Shown here: positions 24,864 through 36,334 of the stretch, one piece after another | How positions within the stretch are numbered: position 1 is the first letter of the stretch | Layout: each line of letters begins with the position of its first letter | Assembly (NCBI GenBank): GCA_973895155.1 | Contig: OZ316898.1 | Location: forward strand, 3,100,480 to 3,164,479 | Length of the DNA stretch: 64,000 nt | Direction of reading: 5' to 3' | DNA from: Marsupella aquatica | Lineage: Eukaryota; Plantae; Marchantiophyta | Notes under the pieces: model-generated | The model's database searches: none | Seen by the model: only the letters and a program-made list of their open reading frames with translations | What the model was told of the DNA's origin: nothing | Program-made: the position numbers and the translations under genes

Positions 24864-25419
24864 CAGCTTTGACTAAGTTGTCCCCCTAAACAATTTTATA
24901 TACCACTATGCTCCCCATTTCGTACCCGGGTTAGTATACAACGTACACTGGCTTAACAGTGCCACATGGCAAGGCATGAGTGGCGCAGCTTGACTTGCCC
25001 CTTGTCCCCCTCCTTTCCCATGGATTGCCATTGTTGCAGACCTGGGAAGAGCCAAATAGCCCGGCCACCCCCCACAAAGTGTCGAGGCCCAGGAATAGCC
25101 AAAGCCTCCTGACTTTGCCCTCACCAAGTACTCAGGTTTGGGAGGAGCGGCCCCCCCGACTTTCCCCTCACCAAGTACTGAGGCCCAAATTTCCCCTCAT
25201 GAATAGTGAGACCCGCGAGGAGCCAAAACGGCCCGACCTTTGCCCCTGTTTTACTCATGGAAAAGCAACCCACTCACGCCTTGCCATGTGGCACTGTTAA
25301 GCCAGTGTATGCTGTATACTAACCCAGATATGGAATGGGGGGCATAGGGGTAAATAAAATTGTTTGGGGGACAGGATACTAAATTCTGACATTTAGGGGG
25401 ACAGCTTAGTAAAAAGCTG
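24864..25419. mobile_element. Non-autonomous DNA transposon with ~120-150 bp TIRs (MULE/foldback-like), copy 1
   Basis: Termini CAGCTTT...AAAGCTG. Arms include TACACTGGCTTAACAGTGCCACATGGCAAGGC and its reverse complement. Homologous to 47826-48406. No clear TSD seen at this copy. Confidence 0.88.
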
Positions 25420-25946
25420 TTATCTCTAAACCCTTGTCACCTCACCCATAAGTGCAACATAGTTACCCTCTAACAAAATCTTTGACACATTGATAAGCTT
25501 TGGGGACCATGTTACTAAGCTTAGTAGGCTTATGTTTTTTCCTCCTTCCTTGGTCATCTCAAAACACTAATAATACCTTTGAAAAAATTGCAAAACCCAC
25601 GGAAAATAAGGGGGAAGCAAGGTCTGCCTTGCAATAGACCAGAGTTTGCACACTTAGGAATGGTGCACTTAAGAAGAGTGATCTGGCTATAGTACCACCC
25701 TGAGTTAACTGTACCGCCTAAAGGATTGGTGCGTGCTTTGTGCAGGGTCGGTCCTTAGCTATGAAACGCCGTAGCGGCCCTTAACTCGGCACGTGATCCA
25801 ACGGCTCAGCTCGATACTCTGTTTCACAGGGTCGACTGTCGACATGTAGCTCTGCCTCTGATAAAGCTCTGCCTTCTCGAGAGCCCTTTGGGAGATTACT
25901 CTGTACAACTCGAAAGGATTTTCATCCAAGCAGGAGTACATTTTGC

Positions 25947-26247
25947 TCTTTTCGTCATACGTTGAGCTTCAATCTGCTGATGCTCTCATCAAAATTCGAA
26001 GCGGGAAGCGTCCAATTTCGACATCCTGTGGGAGATCACTCTGTTCGACTTCAATTTGTTCTTTTCGTCATATGTTGAGCTTCAATCCGCTGCTGCTCTC
26101 ATCAAATTCGAAGCCGGAAGCGTCCAATTTCGAGCTCCTGTTGGGAGATCACTCTGTACGACTTCAATTTGTTGCTTCGTTACATGTTGAGTTTCAATCT
26201 GCTGCTGCTGCGCTGTTATCAAAATTCGAAGCAGGAGGCGTTCAATT
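25947..26247. repeat. ~113-bp tandem repeat (about 2.6 copies) just upstream of the VIR3-like ATG
   Basis: Repeated TTCGTCATAYGTTGAGCTTCAATC...AATTCGAAGC...GCGTCCAATTTCGA...GGGAGATCACTCTGT. Confidence 0.9.
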
Positions 26248-26259
26248 GCCTAGTAATCA

Positions 26260-29131
26260 ATGGGAAGCTCGTTTCTATTCCTTCAATTTTCGCATTGTCA
26301 GCCTTACCAGCTGAATTCCAGCTCTTTCAATCGCCTGGCGTCTCCTCGTCACGCGCTGCACACTTCTGGCTTTGAGAAGTCAACCTCATCAGAAAGTGGT
26401 AGCGACTGTCGAGGACATAGCTCAGTAGCATTTTCCCGTCAATCACCAAAGCTTCGTGGTACGTTAATTCAGAGCCAAGGTGTTTTCCAATTAAGAAACG
26501 AGCGGCTACTCTGTGGCAAGCTTGGAATTACAGACGGAACGCGTAGGTATGTAAGACTCTTAACAGTAGCCTCAACGAAGGAGCGAGAGTGGCAAGAGTA
26601 TGAAGATGCGGTGCAGCAGACGGACTTGGCTGAAGCCCTAGAAGTACTGGATGTCCTGAACTCTTTCGAATCGGATGCCGTGAGTCTGCCAGAGTCAGAA
26701 TTAGCTTCATCATCAACTTCGACCCCTAAGTCTCTGAAGGACGCTTATAGGGCAAGAAGTCCTGTGGGTCTTACACAGATACTTGATGATTTGAGAATTC
26801 TGGATGCTTTCCCGATGGCCTCGGATCTCACGCAGGTGTATCAGGCGTATGATTGGTTAGCAACTAAGGGATTTCTTCCCAATTTTGGGAAAGACAAAGC
26901 TATCGGTAAGCGAGTCTTCAACCGAAACATTCTGTTATTGTCTGTTGATCTGTTGATATGATTGTACAGGATATTTAATTCATACACACTAAAAGCTTTG
27001 TCTGGGCTCTAGTTTCAATTTAAAGTTTTAACGACCTTGAACAAAATAAAAAGCGAACTGTCTTCTCTGTGAAAATTCATTTCATAGTGATAACGATTGC
27101 GATAACTTGTTATGCATCAGCTTCCGAAGGGGAAGGGGACCGAGTTGTGACAGACGACATTCTGATGGAGTCGATAGGATTAACTGGTACTTTAATTTAT
27201 TTCTTTCTGGATTTGCTTGGCTCAATCAGTTTTAAATGAAGGTTTTAAGTAAGCAGTCTCTTGATGCATATGTCTATTTTAGTTGCAGAGTTTTGGGAAT
27301 ATCAGATCGTAAGCTGCAGGGCTTGCTTTTCAGATGAGTATGGAGTTCCCAGTTGTGTCTCCTATTGTCTTTCGATAGCTGTTTAAGCGTTAGATGAACA
27401 ACAGTGACTTTATTCTTCGCATGTGGCAGCATCCAAGTTGTCCCCGAAGAAATGGGGATTGTCTGGCAATTCAGCGATAGCTTTGCCTATCGGCATGGCA
27501 TTGTACTCATATCTGAGGGACTCTAGCTTAGATGTAAGGCCTGTTGGAGCCCTCATTTTGGCGCTCGGTTTTTATGATGCAATTTACTTGGGAGGCACTG
27601 GTCGGTTGCAGATTTGCAGCATGTGGCTCCCATACAAACGACGAGTTCTAGTTCATGAAGCTGGCCACGTTCTTGTGGGTACGGGATAGTGACTCAGAAA
27701 TTGTCTGTGCACTGCAGACTATTTGTTTTTTAAGATCTCCGTTGCAGCATTTGTGTAGGGCTACGGTTACAAATAGCGATCATATTTTCAATTTTTGTCC
27801 TTTCTGATATGTCTATCTTCTGACCTTCTGTACATCGTTGGTCGCTGGTTGCGCAGCTTATCTATTGGGTTGCCCTATTCGTGGCGTAATACTTGATCCT
27901 GTGCAGGCTATGAAAGTGGGGACTCAAGGACAGGTCTCCTTCCTTCCTCTGATCCGTCATTCCATTCTTGTCATGCTGGATCTCTAGACAGAAGGACGCC
28001 AGAAGTCATTAACAAGCTGTAGACAGTATTGGGTACAACCGAGCGATTATTTCATAGTCACTACCTCGATGAGGACATTGAGTATAACATTTCCCAACAT
28101 TCCGCTTGACTTTTGGTGTGATGAGGGAGGAATAGTGCTTCTCATCTGAGTATCCTAGAGCTACCTGTCACCGCAAGGTGGCACTCGTAGAAAATATCTG
28201 CTCCCCTAAATTTGATTTTCGAGACTAGAATTTTACCGTTTTCAAGCACCTCTGGCACTCTCAGCAGTCGTCAGCATTTGTTGCTGGGGTTGAGATTTCT
28301 CAGTTTCATCGTTAGAAGCATCTGCGGTGGTAACACAGTTGTGGTTGCTTGTCCCAGCCATATCCTAGATTAAATTTCTCACAAAACGAAGGGCCTTGAA
28401 GCACTCCTTTGCAAATCCCTGCCACTTAGTAGAGGGTGAAGAGGAATATTTGCTGGTTTAGTCATTTCGTCGTCAGACTGAACTGAGGTCAAACATTTAT
28501 CTCGTTCACTCAGGCAGGGACTCAATTTTGGGACCAAACCCTTGAGATGCAGCTTTCACAAGTGGGGCAGCCGAGTCTTTCCGTGGACCGGTAATTTTCT
28601 TGGAATCTCAATACATTTCATTGTCTGGACAAAAACTCCATTGAAATTTCCCAAATTTTGAAGCATATTTGCCCTTTACCTCGTGTGCTTGGACAGAGGT
28701 CCTGGCTTTGATGTTGCTGGAGCTGGTTTTAAAAGCTTGTGCTTGGTAACTGCAGGTATAGCATTGTCATGTTCGCTGGCGTAGCAGCAGAGGCACTCGT
28801 CTATGGAGAGGCCCAGGGTGGTGAGAGCGATGAGAATTTATACAAATCAGTCGTAGGACAGCTCCAACCTTCATGGAGTCCAGCAAAGGTAACTACTTTT
28901 CCCTTACTCTGCTGGTTGAACGTTTCCAATTTGTTGAAATTGGATTTTAAGTCTTTAATGATCCACGTGTGCTTGATCATGCAGATGTCAAATCAGGCCC
29001 GATGGGCAGTACTTCAAGCATTTCAGTTGCTCAAAAAGCACAAGAAAGCACATGCAGCTGTAGTACGCGCTTTAGAGCAAGAGGCTGGCTTGGGCTCTTT
29101 GATAAGGGTGATAGAAGATAAACTGAGGTGA
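26260..29131 (+). CDS. Plastid FtsH/M41-like HEAGH zinc metalloprotease (VIR3/At1g56180-like). Exons 26260-26905, 27121-27186, 27430-27678, 27857-27933, 28514-28590, 28756-28888, 28985-29131
   Basis: GT-AG introns join in frame. Motifs REWQEYEDAV, KLSPKKWGLSG, RRVLVHEAGHVLVAYLLGCPIRGVILDP, GQAGTQFWD, FAGVAAEALVYGEAQGGESDENL and MSNQARWAV. Confidence 0.92.
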
Positions 29132-32100
29132 TACGTATGAAGGGAGTGTCCAGTCAATTAAATTCATCTCCACTGCATCTGACGAGTTTTCACAGAACTT
29201 TCAGGTTTATATTATCTCATGGGATGGCTCTAGATGGGTTGTTTGCAATTTGAATCCCTCTCTTCCTGTTCACGGGCGCAATTTCAATCACATACGTGGG
29301 GATTGAAAAGTTGTCATTACTGCTAATGCAGCTCCAGGTGAGAGGCTCACTGACAGCTAAACAAGTTCAAGTGTGGGATGGAAGTATTAGGTTCCTATTC
29401 ATCGTCTGAACAAGCTGTGTATATACTATTGAACAAGGGGAGACCCATGATGGGATATTGGTTCAACCAGGTGTTGAACCTTGCAAGTGGGATAAGGGAG
29501 GCCCATACATCGTAACGGGGCACGGTCTCCACCATAGTTGCCTGTTATTGGTCCAGCGGTGGATTATACCAGAAATTCTGCTAATAGGAGGAAATGGCCT
29601 AGTATATACATAGATGGGAGGACCTGCAAATGGATGGATGCAATGTTGACTCGGACCATTAGTTGTCATACGATGCAGTGTGCACTTGTTGAGACAAAGC
29701 AGTTTACCTGGATGAAGTCATATACTCCTGAAACATTTGCCCTTCTTAAACATTTTTTCTCACCCTGCACCTGATACATTATGAAACGATCTTCTAACTC
29801 CCCACCTGTTGTCATTGACGTGGTACATCTTAGTCCTGAAATTGCAGGTAGTACTGTAGGGTAGATTGGGGCAGGGGAGCAGTAAGACGCTTAGTACTCA
29901 CCTATGATACGGAGAGCAGCCAGTACAAATATCCATACAAATTGTTCTGGCATCATGAATTCTTGCGCGAAAGTCACAATTGTATTTGCTGCGAGTTTGT
30001 CGCATTGGGGCCACACTCTTGTCCAGAAATCCTCCCTTGCTCTTCAATCACATGCGCCTACTGACCATGCGAGCTTTCTTCCACGTAGCCCAACAGTGCA
30101 GTCCCGATATTACTAATTCCTGGTATGGAAATTGTGCATTTCTCTTGCCCTTTTCTAAAATCTTTGGCCCTAATTTACACCTTTGTCTTGAAGATTTTAT
30201 TTGTTTTAAAATATTTTTATCTTGAAGATTTTACTTCACCCATGTTACCATTTGTCAATGACTCAATCTATTAAAAATGGCTCCAGTCGCTGATACCAAC
30301 ATCCCTCTTCTTCTAGCTGGTACTGCAACTAGAGCTTGGGGTCGTTGTCCTTCTTGACTACTTGCTGCACCTCATTGCCTCTTGCACTACATGCCTGGAG
30401 AATCACGTAGGAACACTGTCATTAAGCCAAACATATTCGTCTGCAATGCAAAGGCATCAGTTCTAACTTCGGAGTAGCTGCCACAGATATAAATACATCA
30501 TCTAGAGTATATGGGAGATGAAGCTGCAAGTAGCATAGACGTGAGCACAGCAAGTCCAGAATTGAAAAGTGCGATCAAATCTTGCCTGCTTCTTCACTGA
30601 TCTTGTTTGGAAAGATTGCAAATGAGCCCTCATCAAAGATAACCGAATGCAAAAATTTCAGTGTGTGTTCCACCCTAGCTCTCATCAAAGATAATCGTAT
30701 GCAACAATTTCAGTGGTCTGTTCCACCCTAGTTGCAGGACTCTTTGTTTCCTTATCCGGATTTGCATCAAGGCCAGCGTAGCCACAGTTTCCTCTGCCTA
30801 CTCCGGAACCTGAAAAGGCGAAGGTACGAATTACAATCAGTCGTCAGATGGTGTTTACAAGCACAACAGGCAACCAAGCGCTTTCCTAGAAAACACCTAC
30901 CAGCTGAAGTACGTAATCCTTTCTCTTTGTTGCTCGTTTGCGAAATTCCCAGCTGATTGATTGGCTTACACACTTTTTAAGGCAGCAATGGTGATTGATT
31001 CAGTACCGTTTAAAACACCCAAAGGCTTCAGCACCCTGCAACATTAACGACGGTACTAAGGCTTCAGAGAGCTGTCCAAGTCCTGATTGTAACGACAGAG
31101 AATTCAGAGTCCCTAAGCCGTGGACTCGTTGATCTAGATAGATATGCAGATTGTGTCCCCACCTTTTGTAGATGGATATCAAGTGTTCAAATTGAAGCAA
31201 GGGGAAGAGTGGTCAAATTTCGAAAGCAAGTGTGCTGCAGGAGGAGTCTTGAACATTGAAGCCCTTTGTAAATTGATTCATCCCTTGGTATTGAAAGTCA
31301 GGTTGAATGCCCATTCTTTGAAATGTTAAAATGATGACAAAAATTATCATGGATGATCATCATTTTGACATACATAACATAGTTCTTTCCATCCACATCA
31401 ATTTTGGTGGGCCCTAGAGTCAAGGTCTAGAGGTTGCATTCTAGATGTCTAGACCCCAACTCTAGCTTCTCAGCTTGATTAATTATTAAGATTGGAGTTT
31501 GTCACTTCTGTGGTTAGGTGGTACTGTAACTGGTAGCTTGCAGCAAGGTATACATGTAATTTCCTCTCAACTTGTATAAATTATAGAATAAAAATGCCCT
31601 CCTTCACTACAGTCTAATACTCAATCAGGCTTGCTTTCTCGTCGCACCATATGGCCTTAGTCTCACTTGATCAAGCACATTGTACCGTAGTGGTGCAAGG
31701 GAATCTGTTTGCTAAGATCCTCATTGAGCACTTGAGATAGATGAGGCAGACTATGGAAGAGTGCCTTGAACCACATATAACCTTATTGAAACTTGCTGTC
31801 AAAAGAGAACAAGGCGTGCCAAAGCAGGGCCGTAACTTATTGTAACTGAGTTATGGTTACGGTCAAGGACATAAAGTGCTTTTACTGCTAGGAAAAAACC
31901 CTATAGGCTACCTAAATACATGCCCCATAAGGATGGTATGTCCAAAAAGCCACAATCCATCTATAAGACCTTAGAGACACTCTAATGTACCGCCTACACT
32001 CCTAAGAGCTTTCCATAGAAATCTCTAGTAATTTTTTTTAAGCTTAATGACATGTCCTAGTCTAGAGCTTGAGTAACTTTACACAATTAAATATTGATGC

Positions 32101-32237
32101 ACAAGTCCTCCTTACAATAGCAGTTACACCTGATCTTAGATGACTTCATTCACTTGTTGATCAACTAATATAATAATTATGCAATCCCACCAAAAAGTTA
32201 TATGGATCTAGGATGACTTCATTCACTTGTTGATCAA

Positions 32238-32533
32238 CTACACTACCTTAATTAGTGTTACTCACACTAATTCAAGAGTGTACGTATCCATTTTGGACTC
32301 TACCCATGAATTAGTGTTACACTGACTCATTATAACACTAATTCCGCACATATCAATCTTAGCGTTACTTTGGTCTAAAGAGTGGAAAATACTGGAGAGA
32401 AAACTTTTTTGAAAACCTACAAGAATTAGTGTTACTTTGGACTCATGATCCCTTTCAACAAAATTAGTTTTAGTGACACTAAGCTGATAGTAACACTAAA
32501 TCTGACATAACACTAATTACAGTGAACAGTGTA
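32238..32533. repeat. Small MITE-like element rich in ATTAGTGTTA/TAACACTAAT motifs
   Basis: At least six copies of the motif in both orientations. TACACT...AGTGTA ends. Confidence 0.45.
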
Positions 32534-33918
32534 ACTATGTAATCTTGCCAAAGACTTTGGTCATCTGCTGTCAAAATTGAAAAAAGAGGGAACTACCCTC
32601 TCCATTTAAATTCTTGGATTGAATGACTGGGATTGTCCAAAGATATACTTTAGTAGTAGAATACAACGCCTAGTTTGGTCTACCATATATGGTTAACAAA
32701 AGATCTCATAATGAAACACCAGTCATCCTTAGCTATATTTCATCTCAGTCTAGTTTGTCTAAACCCTAAACTCATCCTTGCTGGTTAGATGGCTTGTTAA
32801 ATCTACATCAGTCGTACAGCCAGAACATAAACCAAGACACATATGTAGTTCAAATCACTTAGTTTCTAGATCTTAAATATAGTGTATTGGTTCATGTTAT
32901 GGTGTATGGAGTGCATTAACTTGACATGCATGGATTTAACACACAGGTCTGGTTTGTGTCCCGCAGATCAGCTCCACTGGCACTATCAAGTGCTTAGAGG
33001 ATAGAGATGTCTCATAAATACTCTGTCACCTTATGTATGAGAATAAGATGAACATTCGACGAGATATATTAGGGCGTCTCAACGCTTGGCCTTAACAAGA
33101 TAAGGTCCTCCCATAACTCAAGTATTATGGGAACTCCCGTAAAAGTTATGGGAGCCAATCTTTGACTACCGTAAGGAAAGCTCGCGGGCTCAACACTTAA
33201 CCCGTAACTTTCCCCAACTTTAGACGGAAATCCGATATTCTGGAAATCCAGGACTCCGGAACTCCGGCAAGCTGTGACTGAAGACACGTGGGATAAGCTC
33301 CTGACGTGGTGATGGCTACTGCATGAGGCGGAGGCTGATCAAGAATTGAGGGAAAATTAATATATGCTATGAGACAGGTGAGGCCGTAACTCCTGCCTAA
33401 TGGGGCGGGTCAATGTTACCTCCCTCCTTTTTTTGAAATTCTATAACTGAGTCCCATAACTAAGTTATGAGATTTATCACAAATCCATAATTTTCACTAA
33501 TGGCCTAGCTTTGAGATGCCCTAATCTTGCGAAAACCATCTTATGTGGCAAGTGGTGGATGGCTCAAACAACCAAAAGACAGACCCTCCTCGTCCTTCAC
33601 ATCCTGCATGCGGTTTCGATGATGCATGCCTTTCAGCACAGGCGGGTTCATAGCAGCGTATTTTTTAAAGGATTTTAATTTTTTGCCAGAGTGACGAATG
33701 TAAAGTGCGTGAAGGAGAAAATGCTCAAAAGATTCCCTATTCAATTATTTTCTTGACCATCAGATCTCCCTAGATGTAAGGCTGACCCTTAGATTTTGGC
33801 TAATGGGGCCTGTGTGATTAGGTGGAACACTGGCTAATCATGAAAAATAGTACAGATTTTTGGGGAGTTGTAATTTGGCTAATTTTCGCCACTAGAAAAA
33901 ACGCTGGTTCGTAGCCTT

Positions 33919-34670
33919 ATCGATGGACTGCGATGCGCACCGAGCGCACGAAATACAGCCGACTGTGGTAGCTTGATGCACGCTTTATCAATTTATCGAT
34001 GGACTGCGATGCGCACCGAGCGCATGAAATACAGCCGACTGTGGTAGCTTGATACACGCTTTATCAATTTATCGATGGACTGCGATGCGCGCCGAGCGCA
34101 CAAAATACAGCCGACTGTGGTAGCTTGATGCACGCTTTATCAATTTATCGATGGACTGCGATGCGCACCGAGCGCATGAAATACAGCCGACTGTGGTAGC
34201 TTGATACACGCTTTATCAATTTATCGATGGACTGCGATGCGCGCCGAGCGCACAAAATACAGCCGACTGTGGTAGCTTGATACACGCTTTATCAATTTAT
34301 CGATGGACTGCGATGCGCACCGAGCGCATGAAATACAGCCGACTGTGGTAGCTTGACGCACGCTTTATCAATTTATCTATGGACTGCGATGCGCACCGAG
34401 CGCACGAAATACAGCCGACTGTGGTAGCTTGATGCACGCTTTATCAATTTATCGATGGACTGCGATGCGCACCGAGCGCACAAAATACAGCCGACTGTGG
34501 TAGCTTGACGCACGCTTTATCAATATATCGATGGACTGCGATGCGCACCGAGCCCACGAAATACAGCCGACTGTGGTAGCATAATGCACGCTTTGTCGAT
34601 GGACTGCGATGGGTCTTGCGGCGTTGGTCGCACCGAGCGTACGAACTACGGCCGACTGTGGTAAGCTTGA
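33919..34670. repeat. Highly homogeneous 76-bp tandem array (9 units plus one diverged unit)
   Basis: ATCGATGGACTGCGATGCGCACCGAGCGCACGAAATACAGCCGACTGTGGTAGCTTGATGCACGCTTTATCAATTT starts at 33919, 33995, 34071, 34147 ... 34527. Confidence 0.99.
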
Positions 34671-34923
34671 GGCGAGAGTGCGAGCGTCTTACAAGTGTAC
34701 TGTTGTGGTCCCGTGCGAATTGGAGAATCTGCTGTGCATGGAGGAATTGCACAGGAGGAGATTGGCGAAAGGACAAAGGATCGAGCGCACGACGATTCGA
34801 GGGGAGTCGGAAAAAGGATTCACAAAGAAGCAACAATGGAGGCAGGGCGGACACTAGTGGAAAATTCAGCGTGAAGTGGAGGCGCTTGTGTTGTTTTAAG
34901 TAGCGAGTTCTGTCGAGAAGGGG

Positions 34924-36334
34924 ATGAAATTTGGTGCGGGAAAGAAGGGGAGTTGGAATCGAGTGTCATCGATCGTTGCGTCGGTGCTGCTCGTTCTGGT
35001 GATTGTGTACGGGCTGTGCTGGATCACCAGCTTGGTGTTCAAATCTCCTCTGTGTGACAAAGAGGTCGAAGTACAGGCAGAAACCATGGCGGGCGGACTG
35101 CTTGGAGCACCGAAGGAGGTCAAGAGCTCCGAAAACAGCGCGGAGATGGAAGATATCGGGAAATTTGCAGTCCAGGAGCACAACTCCAAGGAGGTATGTT
35201 TGCGGACTGCATCCTTGATTATTCATCTTCTGAATAATTTTGTGAGGTCAAGCAATCTTTGCAATTGATCTCTAAGATGGTCGTCATTAGGGTATCTTAT
35301 GGGCAGGCAAGTAGGTTCTGGAACGGTTGGTCCCATGGTTAAACTCACAGCAGCGTCATTGGGGATTGCAATTGTGGACGTCGGTTCCACAATGGTACAC
35401 CGAGTCCTGACTGTTTGTGCCAAGTATCACGACGGATCGTCGAGTACTGTGAATATCTTTCCCTTGTTTTGGTCGGGCGACTATAAGATTTGCGATTTTG
35501 ACGATGGAACAAGAGATCCAAGATCGATCCTATCGCACTAGCATAGTGATCAAAATTCTTCGCCGCCCTTTAAGAACTTTCTTCTTTGGCGAGTTTTGGA
35601 AGGAGATGTAGATCATATTTTACGGTGCCGTGGTGTTCGACGGAATAAGACACTGAATGTAGTCACAAGGATGCACTCCATCCCTCTGCCAAAATTTGCA
35701 CTCAGCCGTTGGGTCGTGTGCAGTCTGTAGTCTGCTCAGGACGACGCCATGCTTTGTAGGTGACGTTGTAATCACCCGCGCAAAGTCTTGGTGTGTGATT
35801 GTTGTCTTATGGTGTTTTGTAATCAAAGTCTAGGAAGCACAATCATTCGTTAGCTTGTGATATGTGCCTGCTGGCTTCTGCGTGCTTTGTAGTTTGGAGC
35901 TCATTGTCTTTTATTTTTTCAGTTGTGAAAGAACAATAGCTGCGCTGGTTCCTCTGACAGGATTCAACCGTATTTCAAAGTCGTGTCGCAATATCTACGA
36001 CTTCTTGTCGTAGCTGTACAAGCGCAATTCGATATTGAATGGGAGATTATGCGCGTCATTCTTGTACCTCTCGATTGTGTTGATTGGGTGTAGAAATGCA
36101 TTTCATGATTGTGTGGCGCCATTGTCCTTACAGGGGAAGAACTTGACTTTCAAGAAGGTGGTTACGGCTAAGACCCAAGTTGTAGCAGGTACCATGTACC
36201 ACTTGACCCTGGAAGCTACTCATGAATCTTCGGACCAGCCTAAGCTGTACGATGCCAAGGTCTGGACGAAGCCATGGCAGAACCACAAGACCTTGGAGCA
36301 CTTCACGGAATCTGAAACTTCTAGCAGTGAGTAG
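34924..36334 (+). CDS. Phytocystatin (cysteine protease inhibitor). Exons 34924-35193 and 36134-36334
   Basis: Motifs LLGA, IGKFAVQEHN (LARFAV-like), QVVAG and KVWTKPW. Phase-0 GT-AG intron. N-terminal hydrophobic segment; alternative ATG at 35086. Confidence 0.93.

Noticed and set aside
30511-31329. Exon-like fragments and a 52-bp doublet
   Set aside because: No recognisable product or consistent spliced frame.
33919-34670. CRISPR-like appearance of the 76-bp array (and the 60-bp array at 24250-24750)
   Set aside because: Units are contiguous with no unique spacers, there are no cas genes, and the context is eukaryotic.
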